DNA of 63,980 nucleotides, counting the filler. It is 15 parts of 15 records of this genome, joined end to end, with 100 filler letters (N's around TTAATTAATTAA, not from the genome) between each part and the next. Parts side by side here need not be neighbours in the genome. Positions count along the whole stretch, not along the records: positions 19,507 to 23,351 come from SRR7504441_8559; positions 23,452 to 26,777 come from SRR7504441_8570; positions 26,878 to 33,018 come from SRR7504441_8580; 12 more parts are not named here. One strand, written 5' to 3'. Positions 21,394-33,118 of the stretch are shown here, one piece after another. Positions within the stretch are counted from its first letter, which is position 1. Every line of letters starts with the position of its first letter. Both the position numbers and the translations under genes were made by a program. The notes below the pieces were generated by a model. It ran no database searches. It saw only the letters and a list, made by a program, of their open reading frames with translations, and was not told the DNA's origin.

Positions 21394-23288
21394 ATGTTGA
21401 GGCTGCTCGTCGCGCTGGCCGGAGCACTCGGGTGCGCCGGTTCGCTCACGTGGAGCGCAGACTCGGTGGTTTGCGCGGGCTCGCTCAGGTGCACCGACGG
21501 CGAGCTGCGGGTGCACATCGACCCGTCGGACCGCACCTCGCCACAGCTGGTGCTCAAGGTCGCGATGGCCCGCGCCGCCCCGGGACCGGCCCCCCAAGGC
21601 CCAATGCTAGTGCACTGCGGTGGCCCAGGCAGCGGCAAAAGCTGCGCAGCTGGCATCGCCAGCCGGTATCCAGAGTTCGCATCCCAGTTCGATTTGTGGT
21701 CCATAGATCAGCGCGGGATAGGCGACTCTCTCCCCAGCTTGAGCTGCCCGGAATCCTCCTGGAAAAATCCGCTTCCCCCACCGAATCAGACCATCGGCGC
21801 CGTCCACATATCGGACCTGACCAGCTGTGACTGCGCGATGGCTGACAGCACCCGGATGGCCGACCAGTGCTACGCTGACTTGGATCCGGAGAACAGCACA
21901 CAAGTCCGGCAGCTCTTTGACCAGGCCGCCCAAAGAAACGCCAGGTGCTACGGCTCGCCACAGTTCCGGCTCCAGAACCCTCCAGGGCACCCCAATAATA
22001 CACGCGTGTATAACTTGCTGGATTGGGTCGGGACAACTTATCTGGCTCACGATATCGATGCTATGCGGGAATCGCTCGGCGCAGACCGGATGAGCGTGTT
22101 TGGGCTGAGCTACGGCACCTCCGTCGGCGCGGCCTATGGCAGCCTATTCCCTCAGAGGGTGCACCGGCTCGTGCTCAACGGGAACATGCCCCCCTTCCCT
22201 CAGCTGGATTCACTCGCATTGATGACACGCGATGCCGAGGGTACAACGCTCCGCAAACTACTCCAGACATGCAACGACCAGCCAGGCTGTCCTCTGTATC
22301 CGGACGCTTTCGGCACGTTTGATGCTATCCTCGCCCAGATACGTTCGGCGCGAGGGATCGCCCCTCTCACCAATGCTGGCCAGCCTTTCAAACTGGTGAG
22401 TGCAAGTGCAGTGCTGGGCTGAGCTGAGGTTGGCAGAGCGTAGGGCTGCTGCTGCGCTTCTTGCAGGGCTTGCTCATCCCCGGTGGCGCCAACAAGGGCG
22501 CATGGGGCACCGCGCTGTACTATTTGTCACTGCTTGCCCGGCCTTCCTCAAGGCTTGGGATGGCTGCAGCAATCCTCGATGACGCATGTACCCTCAACCC
22601 GCCCTCGTCTGTGTCCACCTCTGCTATCGTCACCTGGCGCACTTACGGTACGCCTAGTATCGCCCCTCAAGTGTGAGCGCATGGCTGCTCAGGTGTGTGC
22701 GTGGGTCCTCCTCACATCCCCGATGGCTCGTCCCAAGCTTTCCCGACCACTGCGATAACTGGCTCCGACTATGCGGGAAGATGCTCCACCGATCAAGCCA
22801 TGGCCCATGTCAAGGAAGCAACTGCCGGCATGCCCACGATGGGCACCAGCGCGTATGTAGGCTGCCTGTCACTAGCGAGCAGCTGGGCTGCAGTCCCAAC
22901 TCCGCTGCCACCCTACGGAAGCCCAGGGGTGAGCGCTCTGGTGGTGGGGAATCTGTACGATCCTGCAACAGCCTTTGTGGACTCACAGCGGATGCATCGG
23001 GGCTTCCCTGCAGGATCGTTGCTCACCTGGCAAGGGGTCGGGCATTGCTTTATGCGCAGTGGCCAGAAGGAGTCACAAGAAGACAGCGAGGGCTTCGATG
23101 CTTGTGAGCCGCTGATGGTCAATTTTGTGCTGAACGGCACCCTCCCTCCGAGAGGGCATGTCTGCCACTCGAGACTGGAAGGCCAGTTCAACGCATCGCA
23201 CCACTCAGCCGATCTGCGAGACGGTGCCAACCTTGTCAATATGGTGCGTACATACATGGCCATGCTTCGGAGGAGCCGGCTTTATTGA
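21394..23288 (+). CDS. Secreted alpha/beta hydrolase, TAP-like (tripeptidyl aminopeptidase-type)
   Basis: Signal peptide; GGPGSG, DQRGIGDSLPSLSC, GLSYGTSVGAAYGSLFPQRVHRLVLNG, LVVGNLYDPAT, LLTWQGVGH (Ser-Asp-His triad). Two short introns. Confidence 0.85.
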
Positions 23289-23553
23289 ATGGCATTGTGC
23301 TTAGTACAAGTCATACGTCAATCAATCAATGTCTTTATTGCATCCTATGAGNNNNNNNNNNNNNNNNNNNNNNNNNNNNNNNNNNNNNNNNNNNNTTAAT
23401 TAATTAANNNNNNNNNNNNNNNNNNNNNNNNNNNNNNNNNNNNNNNNNNNNCTAGACGCAAACGCATTGAGAACGATTTACTGACATGTAAGTAAGCTAG
23501 CAGCAAGGGTTAATGTGCATGTAGTATGCATGCTATAGATCACTCGCGCATTA

Positions 23554-26134
23554 TCAGCTGATGTTTCCAAACCTCTCAAGCACAATGTCCTTGTGACCCG
23601 ACACGTTGGCAACGAGGAAATCACCGGGCTCACGGCTACCATCTTCGAATGAGAGTGCGTAGCTGCCCACAGCGCTGACCAAGTCTCCAGATCCAACATC
23701 CCGAACTGCCAGTGACTCGGCTCGGATTGTAAAGTTGAGTGTGGCGGTGGCTCCTGGCTCTATCTGCTGCAGCCGCTGGAAGTCGAACAGCGACTTGATC
23801 AGCTTGCTGCTAGATTGGCTGCCGACGCTCAGGAATCTGAAATACGCGGTGACCACGATGTCGCCAGCCACGTTCCCTCGATTCTGGACTCGGACAGCCA
23901 CCTCACAGCTAGACTGCGCAGGATAGGACAATCTGCAACCACCGGAATTGCCCGCAAATGCTGCTGCAACCGAGAAGTCGGTGAGAGAAAGCCCCCACCC
24001 AAAGGGAACCAGGGGCTTGCCCCGGTAGAACCGGTACGTCCGGCCTTGATCCGCAGTCAGATCGTGCTGATCCATCTTGGTCCTGTTGACCCATCCCTTG
24101 TCGTAAATCGTGTACGGCAATCGACCCCAACGATTCTCCTTGCCAAACAGTGCCCGCGCGATCGCCTCTGCCCCCTGAGCCCCAGGGTAAAATGCCTCGA
24201 TCACAGCAAACCGAGTCCTGCCCTCCGCCGAAGCCTGCAGCTCCTCTGCGATCGAGACCGGCCCTCCATTGATGAGCACCATCACGATTGGCTTGCCCAG
24301 GCTGCCAAGTGCCGCCAGCAGCTCGTGCTGGGCCGCTGGCAGGTCAATGCTCCTTCGGTCGTGATTCTCGCTTTCCAGGTGCTGATCTCCATTCACGTAG
24401 CTCGTCCTGCCCACATTCGAGTCGCCCTCCGAGTTTGTGCAGGCCCTATAGTCTGACTCAAACCAGTGCTTTAGACTGCGATCTCCTCCGCAATTTTGAA
24501 TCCCCACCATGGCAACGATCGTATCGGCTTCGGCCGCAACGGACACCGCGTGCGCGAACTCAGCGCTGCCTGTCTTAGGATCACTTACAATTCCACAGCC
24601 CTCAGCAACTGTCGTATTGCCGCCCACATTGGCCGCAGAAATGGCATCGAAAGGCGTGGTCAGACAATCAAAGTTGCCGTTTGTGTCGCACACTGCGGAC
24701 GAGTCGGCTTGTATCAGCCAGCGCTGGGCCCGCGCATGGGGTCCAACCACTGCGACGCGTCGCCCGGGCTTGAGAGGCAGCACGTCATCGTTATGGATCA
24801 AGACCAACGACTCCAGAGCCATCCTCAAGTTGAGTGCAACAGACTCGTCTGCGCCAATCACATCTTCTGGAGTGAGTTTGGCGAGCGGCTGAGAGCTTAC
24901 AGGGTCAAAGAGGCCCAGCTCGAAGCGGATGCGAAGCGAATTGAACAGCGCGCGGTCGATGTCCTTGTCGGTGCATAGGCCCTGATCAATTGCCTTAGGC
25001 AGGCTCATGTACGTTGACCCATCGTTGATGTCGCACTGGCCATGGGTCAGGGCCAACGCAGAGGCTTGCTCCGGCGTAGGAACGTAGTGATGGCCTGTCC
25101 AACCTTAGGATAGTTCAACCGGCCCGGCCACCATTATACGAGCTCCACGCATTCTGAATCGCGTCGCCATCGGACGTCACATACCCGTCAAAGCCCCACG
25201 CTGCCCGCACCTCCCGCAGCAGCGGATCCAGGCAGGCCGGCACTCCGTTGATGCTCTGCACACACGCACAGAGTGAGCGCCTGCAGTGCCAGGCGGTCGT
25301 CACGTTATAACTGCACATGATGCCTCTCGCGCCGGCTTTGACTGCGCTGCGGAAGGCGGGCAAGTACGCGTCGGCCAGAGTGTAGTTGCTCACATTCACT
25401 GAGATGTTATTCCGGGTCCACCACCCATCTGCCTCAAGCGGGCTCCAGCCAACAGTAGACTCGAGCGAGTTGGCCACCATGTGCTTGATTGTGGCCGCCA
25501 CCGCTACCCGGCCAGGATCGAGACTCGAGTTCTGCATCCCAACTGTCCAGGCAGCCGCCAGCTCGCCCGAGAGGTACGGATCTTCGGAGCCGGTCTCCGA
25601 GTTCCTGCCCCAGCGCGGGTCTCTAATCAGGTTGACTACTGGCCCCCAGCACACCAGCCCCCACGCCCGCCGCGCATTGTACAGCGCCCGGAGCTCGCGC
25701 GCGATGGTGCCGGCCATCGCCCTGATAGTGCTCCGGCTGAAGGTGGCCGCAACCGCGGGGCCCGCGGGGAAGGCCGTGGGGCACTTGCCATTTCGGCAGC
25801 CGGAGCCACGCAGGATCTGATCGGCCAGCCCATGGATGCAGTTGGTGCCCCAGTAGAACTCAGGGACTCCCAAATACGGCAGCGGCTGCATCAGCGCCAG
25901 CGGGCCCACCTGGCGCCCGCGGGCTGTGAGCAGGTTGGGCTTGTCCTCGGAGCGAATCCGACCGATCAAGTCTCGCACCCGCCCGTCCAGCGGCATCGAG
26001 ACGTTGCAGAACGGGTAGCCGGTGTGCCCCGGCAGCGAGCAGGCCGGCGCCCCGCTCCGCTCAAACGGCGGCGAGCCGGCGCACCCGCCCAGCAGAAGCA
26101 GCGGCAGCAGGACAGGGCTGAGGTCAGCTCGCAT
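23554..26134 (-). CDS. Glycoside hydrolase family 3, beta-xylosidase-like, with signal peptide
   Basis: PFCNVSMPLDGRVRDLI, WGPVVNLIRDPRWGRNSETGSEDP, KHMVAN, IMCSYN, WGFDGYVTSD, ESENHDR, YPGAQG, GRTYRFY, PFGWGLS, Fn3-like C-terminus. Confidence 0.92.
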
Positions 26135-26218
26135 CGCAGTGGGGGTGTACGGGATCCCTCCGGCTCGCAGCCGGAGTCGTTCATCAATTCAACGTAACAA
26201 CTCGATCCCTTGCCTGGA

Positions 26219-26777
26219 ATGGGTGAACCCTGGCAGTTGTTGTGGGCGTGCCTGCTGGCGGTGGGGGCCTTGGGCGAGCCGCTCGGGCTAACCGCCGGGC
26301 TGCTGCTGCGGCGCGTCCCGATATCGACATCCTCAAACCAATCGGACATCGTCGGCTGGGCCACGCTCCGTTACGCCGACGATCCAGCCCAGGTCGCCCT
26401 CGCCTTCTGCGCCCAGCCTGGGGCCGACCGGCTCGGCGCGCGTGAGGAGTGCGAACGGACGCTCACAAGGGCGTTCCAACGGCTGTACCAGGAGGAGGCC
26501 GACAGGCGCCAGGGCGAGCTCCAACGGCTGAACGCCGAGCAGTCGGAGCTGGCGGCCGAGACTGGCGGGACCCTGACGTGTGGAGAGCCATCCAAGCGGC
26601 GGTGCAGCAGCAAGTGCTTCTCCCAGGGAATAAAATACTCAAGCCTGTCCCACCTGCAGGTGGGTTTGGCACCGGTCGGCGGTGCAAGGACGGGTGCTCC
26701 ACGCTACTGTACTAACCAGGTAGATCTACGGTCTGACAGGTAGAGGAGGAGAAAATTGAACATGGTCGCTCGCGGTG
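26219..26777 (+). CDS. Hypothetical secreted protein, 3'-partial
   Basis: ORF with hydrophobic N-terminus (MGEPWQLLWACLLAVGALG) followed by DDPAQVALAFC and a coiled coil. Head-to-head with the GH3 gene. Confidence 0.5.
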
Positions 26778-26877
26778 NNNNNNNNNNNNNNNNNNNNNNN
26801 NNNNNNNNNNNNNNNNNNNNNTTAATTAATTAANNNNNNNNNNNNNNNNNNNNNNNNNNNNNNNNNNNNNNNNNNNN

Positions 26878-27865
26878 GGTCACAGGCGCCTGCACAGCCT
26901 GCGGCCCGCCCGCCCGCCCCCGCACCAGCTCGGCATCAAAGGCGTCGTTCTTCATGGCGGCCTCGGCCCGCTTGTACGACTGGATCGCGAACTCGTCCTG
27001 CGCCTCCCGAGAGATCCCGTATTTTCTGCTGCAGTCCTCGGCACAGCTACCCTGCCGCCCGCTCGACCGGGCGTCATCCGGCAGGCGCGCCATGTGCTTG
27101 TTGTTGTAAACGTCCCACAGCCCGTCCTTGACGATCCCGTCCAGCATCTGCCCGCACAGCTCAGCCGGACCCAGGCTGACCCGGCACCTCGCCGTGGCCG
27201 AGCCTCTGGCCCCGTCGGAGGGTCGCGCTGTAGTAAGGTACGTTCGACATGGATTCCATCCCTCCGGCCACGATGCAGTCCTGCGGGCACGCTCACCCAC
27301 AGCCGGCCGGTCGAGCACCCCATGCCCGAGCATCACGCTCTGGGCTGCGGTCATCACGGCCTTCATTCCCGACGCACACACTTTATTGACGGCCGAGCAG
27401 ACCACCGTATTGGGAAGCCCTGAGCCAACCGCTCGCCGGCCGCGCGTGCTGGCGGTCAACTACCGGCGTAGAGGGCGGCCTGCCGGGCCGGGGCCTGCCC
27501 GACGTTGGCGGGAATGACGTTGCCCATGATCACTTCGGTCACATCGGTGGTAGCCACCCCTGGCTCAGCTCAGGAAGGTCCGCCCAGCCGACGCACCGGC
27601 GCGGTCCACCGCGGCGGAGATGGCGACGGCGCCCAGGTCCGGCCCACTCATCGAGGCCGGATCCCCGCCGAAAGAGCCGATGGGAGTCCGGGCCTGGTTG
27701 GGGCTCGTCGGCGGGCCTGGCGGCAGGCGGCACCGCGCTCACGATCACGGCTCGGTCGATTCCGGTGGTGAAGCGGCGCCGCAGCGGCGCCTGAGACCGC
27801 ACCGGATCAGCACGCACAGCTGTCGCCCATGGCACTCTGGCGGAGGACAGGCGACGGAGCAGCAT
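26878..27865 (-). CDS. ACAT1: Acetyl-CoA acetyltransferase (thiolase), mitochondrial-type, 3'-partial
   Basis: Arg-rich presequence [38 protein letters not shown] (catalytic Cys), [32 protein letters not shown]. Confidence 0.92.
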
Positions 27866-27971
27866 TGGCGAAGCGTCGAGGCCAAGCGTCGAGGCGGCTT
27901 TATTTTATTTTTTTCGGCCTGCACTTGCAACCTACCGGCCGGAGAGGGGCTGAACCCGGCCGGCGGCGGGG

Positions 27972-29200
27972 ATGTCGGGTGGCTGGATGACCGTGCCTGG
28001 TACGGCTGCGGTCGCCGGCAGCCCAGACTGTTGCAGGCGGGATGGGCGGGCTGGCGGCCAAGTACAGCGGGAAGCGGGCCCACGAGGTGGACGAGGCCGG
28101 CGGCTGGGAGGACTTCCAGGTCCTCAGCCGGCAGCAGGGCGCCAGTCAGCCGGCGGCGCAGGACGGGGAGGACCGTCGGCTACCGCGGAACTTTCTCTCT
28201 GCGCACGGGCTGGACTCGTCCGGCTTTACGGTGGCGCCGGCCGGTACGCTGTGCGAGCTGGGGCAGGCGGCCAGCATGGACACGGCGCTGCCCCCGGAGA
28301 ACAAGGGCTACCAGCTGCTCCAGCGGATGGGCTGGAAGGCCGGCGCCGGGCTGGGCAAGGCGGCGCAGGGTGCGGCGCAGGGTGTGACGGGCAGGAGCCC
28401 GGGGGGGGCAGGCCGGCTGGTACCGGTCCGTCTAGACGAGGAGAACGCCCGGTTGGGGCTGGGCAAGAATTCGGAGTTGAACTACTACCATAAGGAGGCC
28501 ACTAAAGAGCGGGTCAAACTAGACTCGGAGATTAGTCGGGAAGAGCACTACGAGAAGCGACACGAGCAGGCAGAGAAGTGTGAGAAGATCCAGACAGAGG
28601 TGGCCTGCGGTGGGCGCCGGGTGCCAGGCTGCTGGGCAGATAAAGCAGGTGACGCGCAAGTTCTACTGCGATGTGTGCGATAAACAGTGCGAGGGCCGGG
28701 GTGCGGCGAGGAGCCGGTTTCAGGTATCAGACGTCTATGCAGTACCAGGAGCATTTAGATAGTTACGACCACCATCATACCAAGGCACCCAGCCGACTGG
28801 CTGGGCTTATTCGGGACGGCAGCGGTTCAAGGAGATGAAGGCAATGATGAAAGGCGCTGAGACGGAGTCAAAGGAGGCGCGGGAGCAGCAGGCAGCAGGC
28901 AGTTAGTTGGCTGGTTGAGCTGCATGGCAGAGGGCGGCGAAGGAGATGAAAAAGGCGATGAAGCAGGCGGCCAAGGTGGTCCACGGTGTGCTTAAATGGG
29001 CGACGGGTGTGACAGATGGCGGAGGCTGCCAAGCAGGGTGGTCAGTCACAGACGCTGAACCGCACTGCGGGTGCGGCAGTTTCCATGTCGTTTGGGAAGA
29101 AGGTGAGCTTGCCGCTTTCGTTGCTTTGTCTGAAAATTTGACTTTGCAGAAGAAGACCGGACTAGCGCCTAAGAAGCCTGTCACCATGACTTTTGACTGA
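27972..29200 (+). CDS. G-patch domain + C2H2 zinc-finger protein
   Basis: G-patch ENKGYQLLQRMGWKAGAGLGK..PV..RLGLG; zinc finger FYCDVCDKQY..YQEHLDSYDHHHTKRFKEMK after splicing. Confidence 0.85.
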
Positions 29201-29245
29201 GACACAATTGCTTTACTACGTATTACATTACTATTACATTATTGT

Positions 29246-31419
29246 TCACGCGCTTATCAATCTCTTGACAGCGTCTTCATACTCTTTCATCGAACCCACC
29301 TGTAGCTCTCCCATCCCAACCGCATGCACTAGACTGCCCGCAAGCCGTGCAGCCATTGCACCCCACCCCGCCACAGTGACTACTGGCACCTCGGCCCATA
29401 GGAGCTCAGCCACTGTGGTGTGCCCGTTGTAGATGGGCGTGTCTAGCGCCAAGTCGGCTTGCCTCCTGGCCACTAGGTGTGCGTGCTCCCCCACCTGCCC
29501 CCCTATGTCCCCCACTGGTAGCAGCACGCACATCGTCCAACGGCTGCTCGAGCACCACTCTATCCAACCCACGCCCAAACACCTGCCAACAAGCTCGACA
29601 TAATCCGGCAGTGCCCACAAGCCTCAGCCTTGAGAGCATCCACAGACTCGGCGTTCACCCGCGCAAGCCATAGCTGGGTGCCAGTCACACGGCGGGCCTG
29701 ATACACAAATCAGTAGTCCTTGGCGACCAGGGGCACCGCATTGGCCCAGAGTGTGAGCGAAAGTGGGCTGAGTTTGCCGCACTTGTGAAACGACCCGATA
29801 ACCGGACGCGGGTTGACATGGTGCGGACGAGGTATTGGCCACCGTGTGGTGGGCATGAGCGCCCAGGGCAGCATCACCATCCTCTCACTCACGGACTCCT
29901 TGGTGTCAGGCGGATTGGTCACCTTATCGGTGCCTATATACAACACAGCCTGTGGGGCGCCTACTGTGGCGGGGTAGCCCAGGAAGTTGATTGCAACAGG
30001 GGTCAGCCGGGCCAGCACTAGCTCGTGTTGAAAGTATGACCCAGAGTATCCATCCAAATCCACCAACAGTTGAGCACCCTGCACGGCAGTTGCCACCTGC
30101 CCCACCATTAATCGCCCCAGCCTATAGCAGCGCACCTGATGCGCATCTGCGCTATCTAGCTGGATCATCCGATCCCCCATATCCTGCGCGATCTTTGCCC
30201 GCACCTTGCTATCATCTGGAGGATTCAGCGACAGCAGCCGGGCCTCGATGGTATGCTGGCTTAGCACTGATTCCATCAGCAAAGCCACAGGATGATGCCG
30301 GACCTCGGAAGACCAATACACCACTCGCAGACCAGAGCCGTGGCCAACAGCTGGCGGCAGCGGCACCCCAGCTAGATTGCTACTCTCCTTGGTGGCCTCA
30401 CTCTCAGCCAGCCATCGATGCAGCCTTGGAGGCAGCCCAAGCACCAGTGAGTGCAGCGGTACTATCCCGTCAGCTTCCCCCGACTGGATCAAGGCTCGTA
30501 GCTCGGTCTCCACTAATCGCATCCCTCTCCAGTCCACCGCCTCCCGCATCGCGTGCGACGCCCGCGAGAGCACGTTGGCTCTGTCGGGGTCCCCAAGTCC
30601 AGTCGAGGCCACCAGCCGCCGTGCAGCTCGCACAGCCTCCTGCTTGCGGCCCACCAACCCCGCAGCTTCCATTGCGTTCATCTGCAGCTGTCTATCAACC
30701 GGGAACTCGCTGGCGCCCCGGCTGAGCACGCTGAGCGCCCGCTCCGCCGTCTCAAAATCGTTGCTTGCCCAGCCAGCCTTGAGCAGAGCCGCCCCGAGCC
30801 GGTTCCAGCCCTCAGCCCGCAGCGGGTGCCCAGGTGGCATCATGCCCAGCCCGGCCTCCAGCTGCTGCTCAGCGGCTGTCCAGGCCCGCAGCGAGGTGTA
30901 CGCTACTCCCAGATTCACTCGAGCCAGAGGGTCGCGTGGACCCACCGCCACAGCCCGCTCAAACAGCCGAGCGGCGCCGGACGAGTCGCCCGCCTCTTCC
31001 AGCAGCACTCCCAGGTCGAGCAGGCTGCCTGCGTGCCCGGGGTCCAGCTCAACCGCCTGGCTTAGCAACCGGCGCGCCCGTGCAGTTTCGGTGCGCAGAA
31101 TGGTCACCGCCTCGTTGTACAGCCCGACTGCCTGGCGCTGCTCGGCCGAGCGGCGTACTCGTGGGAGCAGGTATCGACGGAGCGCCGCCGGGGGGCCGAG
31201 CTCTGCAGGGGCCTGGAGCTCGGCGCCGTCCAGGTCGAGCATCGAAGGCGGCCCGCCCGTGGGCGGACGCCGGACGGCCAGGAACGGTCGGGTGAGGTCC
31301 TGGGCGAGCAGTCGGCAGGAGCGGGCCGCAGTGCACAGCTCGAACCGCAACCAGAGGGGCGCAGCGCGCGCCAGCCCGCACGCGATCCCTATCGTAAGCA
31401 GCCAGGCTGTCCCTCGCAT
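29246..31419 (-). CDS. TPR + GT41 (OGT/SPINDLY-family) glycosyltransferase with N-terminal signal peptide
   Basis: TPR repeats; YWSSEVRHHPVALLM, LLVDLDGYS, FLGYPATVG, ADLALDTPIYNGHTTVAELLWAEVPVVT, MAARLAGSL. Confidence 0.85.
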
Positions 31420-31626
31420 CGGAGGGGACCCGATCCGTTATGCCATCAAGCGCTTGATCCTTCAAGTACATTTCATTTTATAGTAAGCCTACTATGCATC
31501 GCTAGGTACTACGACCACGGAAATGCATCCAAATGAAGACAAGCAAAAGTAAACTGTTTAATGAAGTAATTAGTTATAATCAAGTGGTGTACTCGTCCAT
31601 CTATGCCGATGTCTATTTATTGGACG

Positions 31627-32580
31627 TCAAGACTTTACATCACCCTCATCAATATCTACTTGAAGTGCCGCGAACACCTTCTCTCGCTTGAGTTTCCATA
31701 TCTCTTGCTTCGAATCCACAAGCTGAGCCTCAAAGGAGGTCACCGTATGTTCATGATACCTCGCAAACGCGTCTTGCCTATTGGTTTTGTGCCAGTACAT
31801 CATCATCAAAATCACAAGCGCGAAGAACCACAGGTATGCGCTCGACATGATGTCAAAAAAGGTGGAGGCTGAGTCCTTGCCAAAGACATTAAAGAAAGTG
31901 TCGATGGCTGGGGATGTCGTGTACGTATCCACAGTCTGATCTGAAGGTACAAAGGGCGAGCAGTAGGCACCAGACGAAAGCCGATATCTTCTGATCGGCC
32001 CTGAAAGCCATCCTGCGTACATGAATGTGGCAAGGCACAGTGTTGCAAACCACATGATTGAAATTTGGCTGGCAGTGTCTCCAATGTCGACACCAGCGGG
32101 CTTCTCGAAAAAGTTATTGAGAACAATACGGTAGTAGTGGAAGCTGAGCCAGTGAAGCAGTCCGGATTGGGTGATGAATGGCAACAACGCGTTGAGGAAT
32201 GCAATGCACAATGGCACCACGAGGGAGGCCGCGAACTCGCCGATGCCCGCAGCCGCCTCGGTGATTGTACTGTTGAATATAGTGAGCATGATGATGGCAG
32301 CCCACTGCCCAAATATGAGTATAAGATTGAGGCATCCTCCTGCAATACGCCGTGTATACAGAGACCGCCACTCTTCGGGAGTGCGTTCGTCCATTTCCCG
32401 CAACGTCTTCAACTGTGTGAGCAACACCTTAAATCTATCCGCAAGCAAACCCTTTTGGTCCAGATTATCTCCAGAGTCCTCGACTGTGAAAGACCATGGA
32501 TTTAGCGCCGACCAATCTCACTTACAATGAAGGCAACTGATGTCAAGAAGTGGTTCAAAGCGGGCAATTGCTGCAAGGGA
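31627..32580 (-). pseudogene. TMC (transmembrane channel-like)-family fragment, apparently disrupted
   Basis: Several TM helices with SSGAYCSPF resembling the TMC PSxxCGPF motif. An in-frame TGA lies upstream of SALNPWSF, no ATG-led N-terminus is evident, and the central region looks shorter than in a full TMC. Confidence 0.45.
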
Positions 32581-32682
32581 GACTGCAAGCCCATGATGAT
32601 CGTTCGGGGGCCTGGCAAAGTTGAGCTGTCGCAGGACCCGGAGGACACTGGAAAGAAAATGCCGGAGAACTGAAGGACGGAG

Positions 32683-32772
32683 CTTAGTGGACAATAACTA
32701 AAGCTGAGATGAACACCCAAAGCTCAGATGAACGCCCAAAGCTGAGATGAACGCCCTTAGTGGACAATAACT
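32683..32772. repeat. Three 19-bp tandem units flanked by 17-bp direct repeats
   Basis: CTTAGTGGACAATAACT at 32683-32699 and 32756-32772 encloses AAAGCTSAGATGAACRCCC x3 (32700-32756). Confidence 0.85.
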
Positions 32773-33118
32773 GACGAGCGAGTATGACCAGTTGACCAAA
32801 TATTAAATTATTTGACTCATTTCGAGCGGCATGATATCTATCTTATCTATTGAACATTTTGAGAATCAGAGACTAAGTTTCGAAGCTTGCCGGTGAATTG
32901 TACCGATTGTACTCGTACGTGCAGCGACCACGAGGAGCGGCCAGGGTCCCAGAGCCAGTCGGCGGCCGGGACGGTCCCGCCGGCCGGCCGGCTGCCCGGG
33001 GCGTTCATCTCGATGTAGNNNNNNNNNNNNNNNNNNNNNNNNNNNNNNNNNNNNNNNNNNNNTTAATTAATTAANNNNNNNNNNNNNNNNNNNNNNNNNN
33101 NNNNNNNNNNNNNNNNNN

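Noticed and set aside
30377-31483. Long antisense or overlapping ORFs (here, and at 41582-42502, 40443-41189, 25481-26197 and others)
   Set aside because: These are shadows of GC-rich coding sequence with Ala/Arg/Pro-rich translations and no recognisable motifs.
32683-32772. CRISPR-like array
   Set aside because: Units are directly tandem with no unique spacers, there are no cas genes, and the context is eukaryotic.
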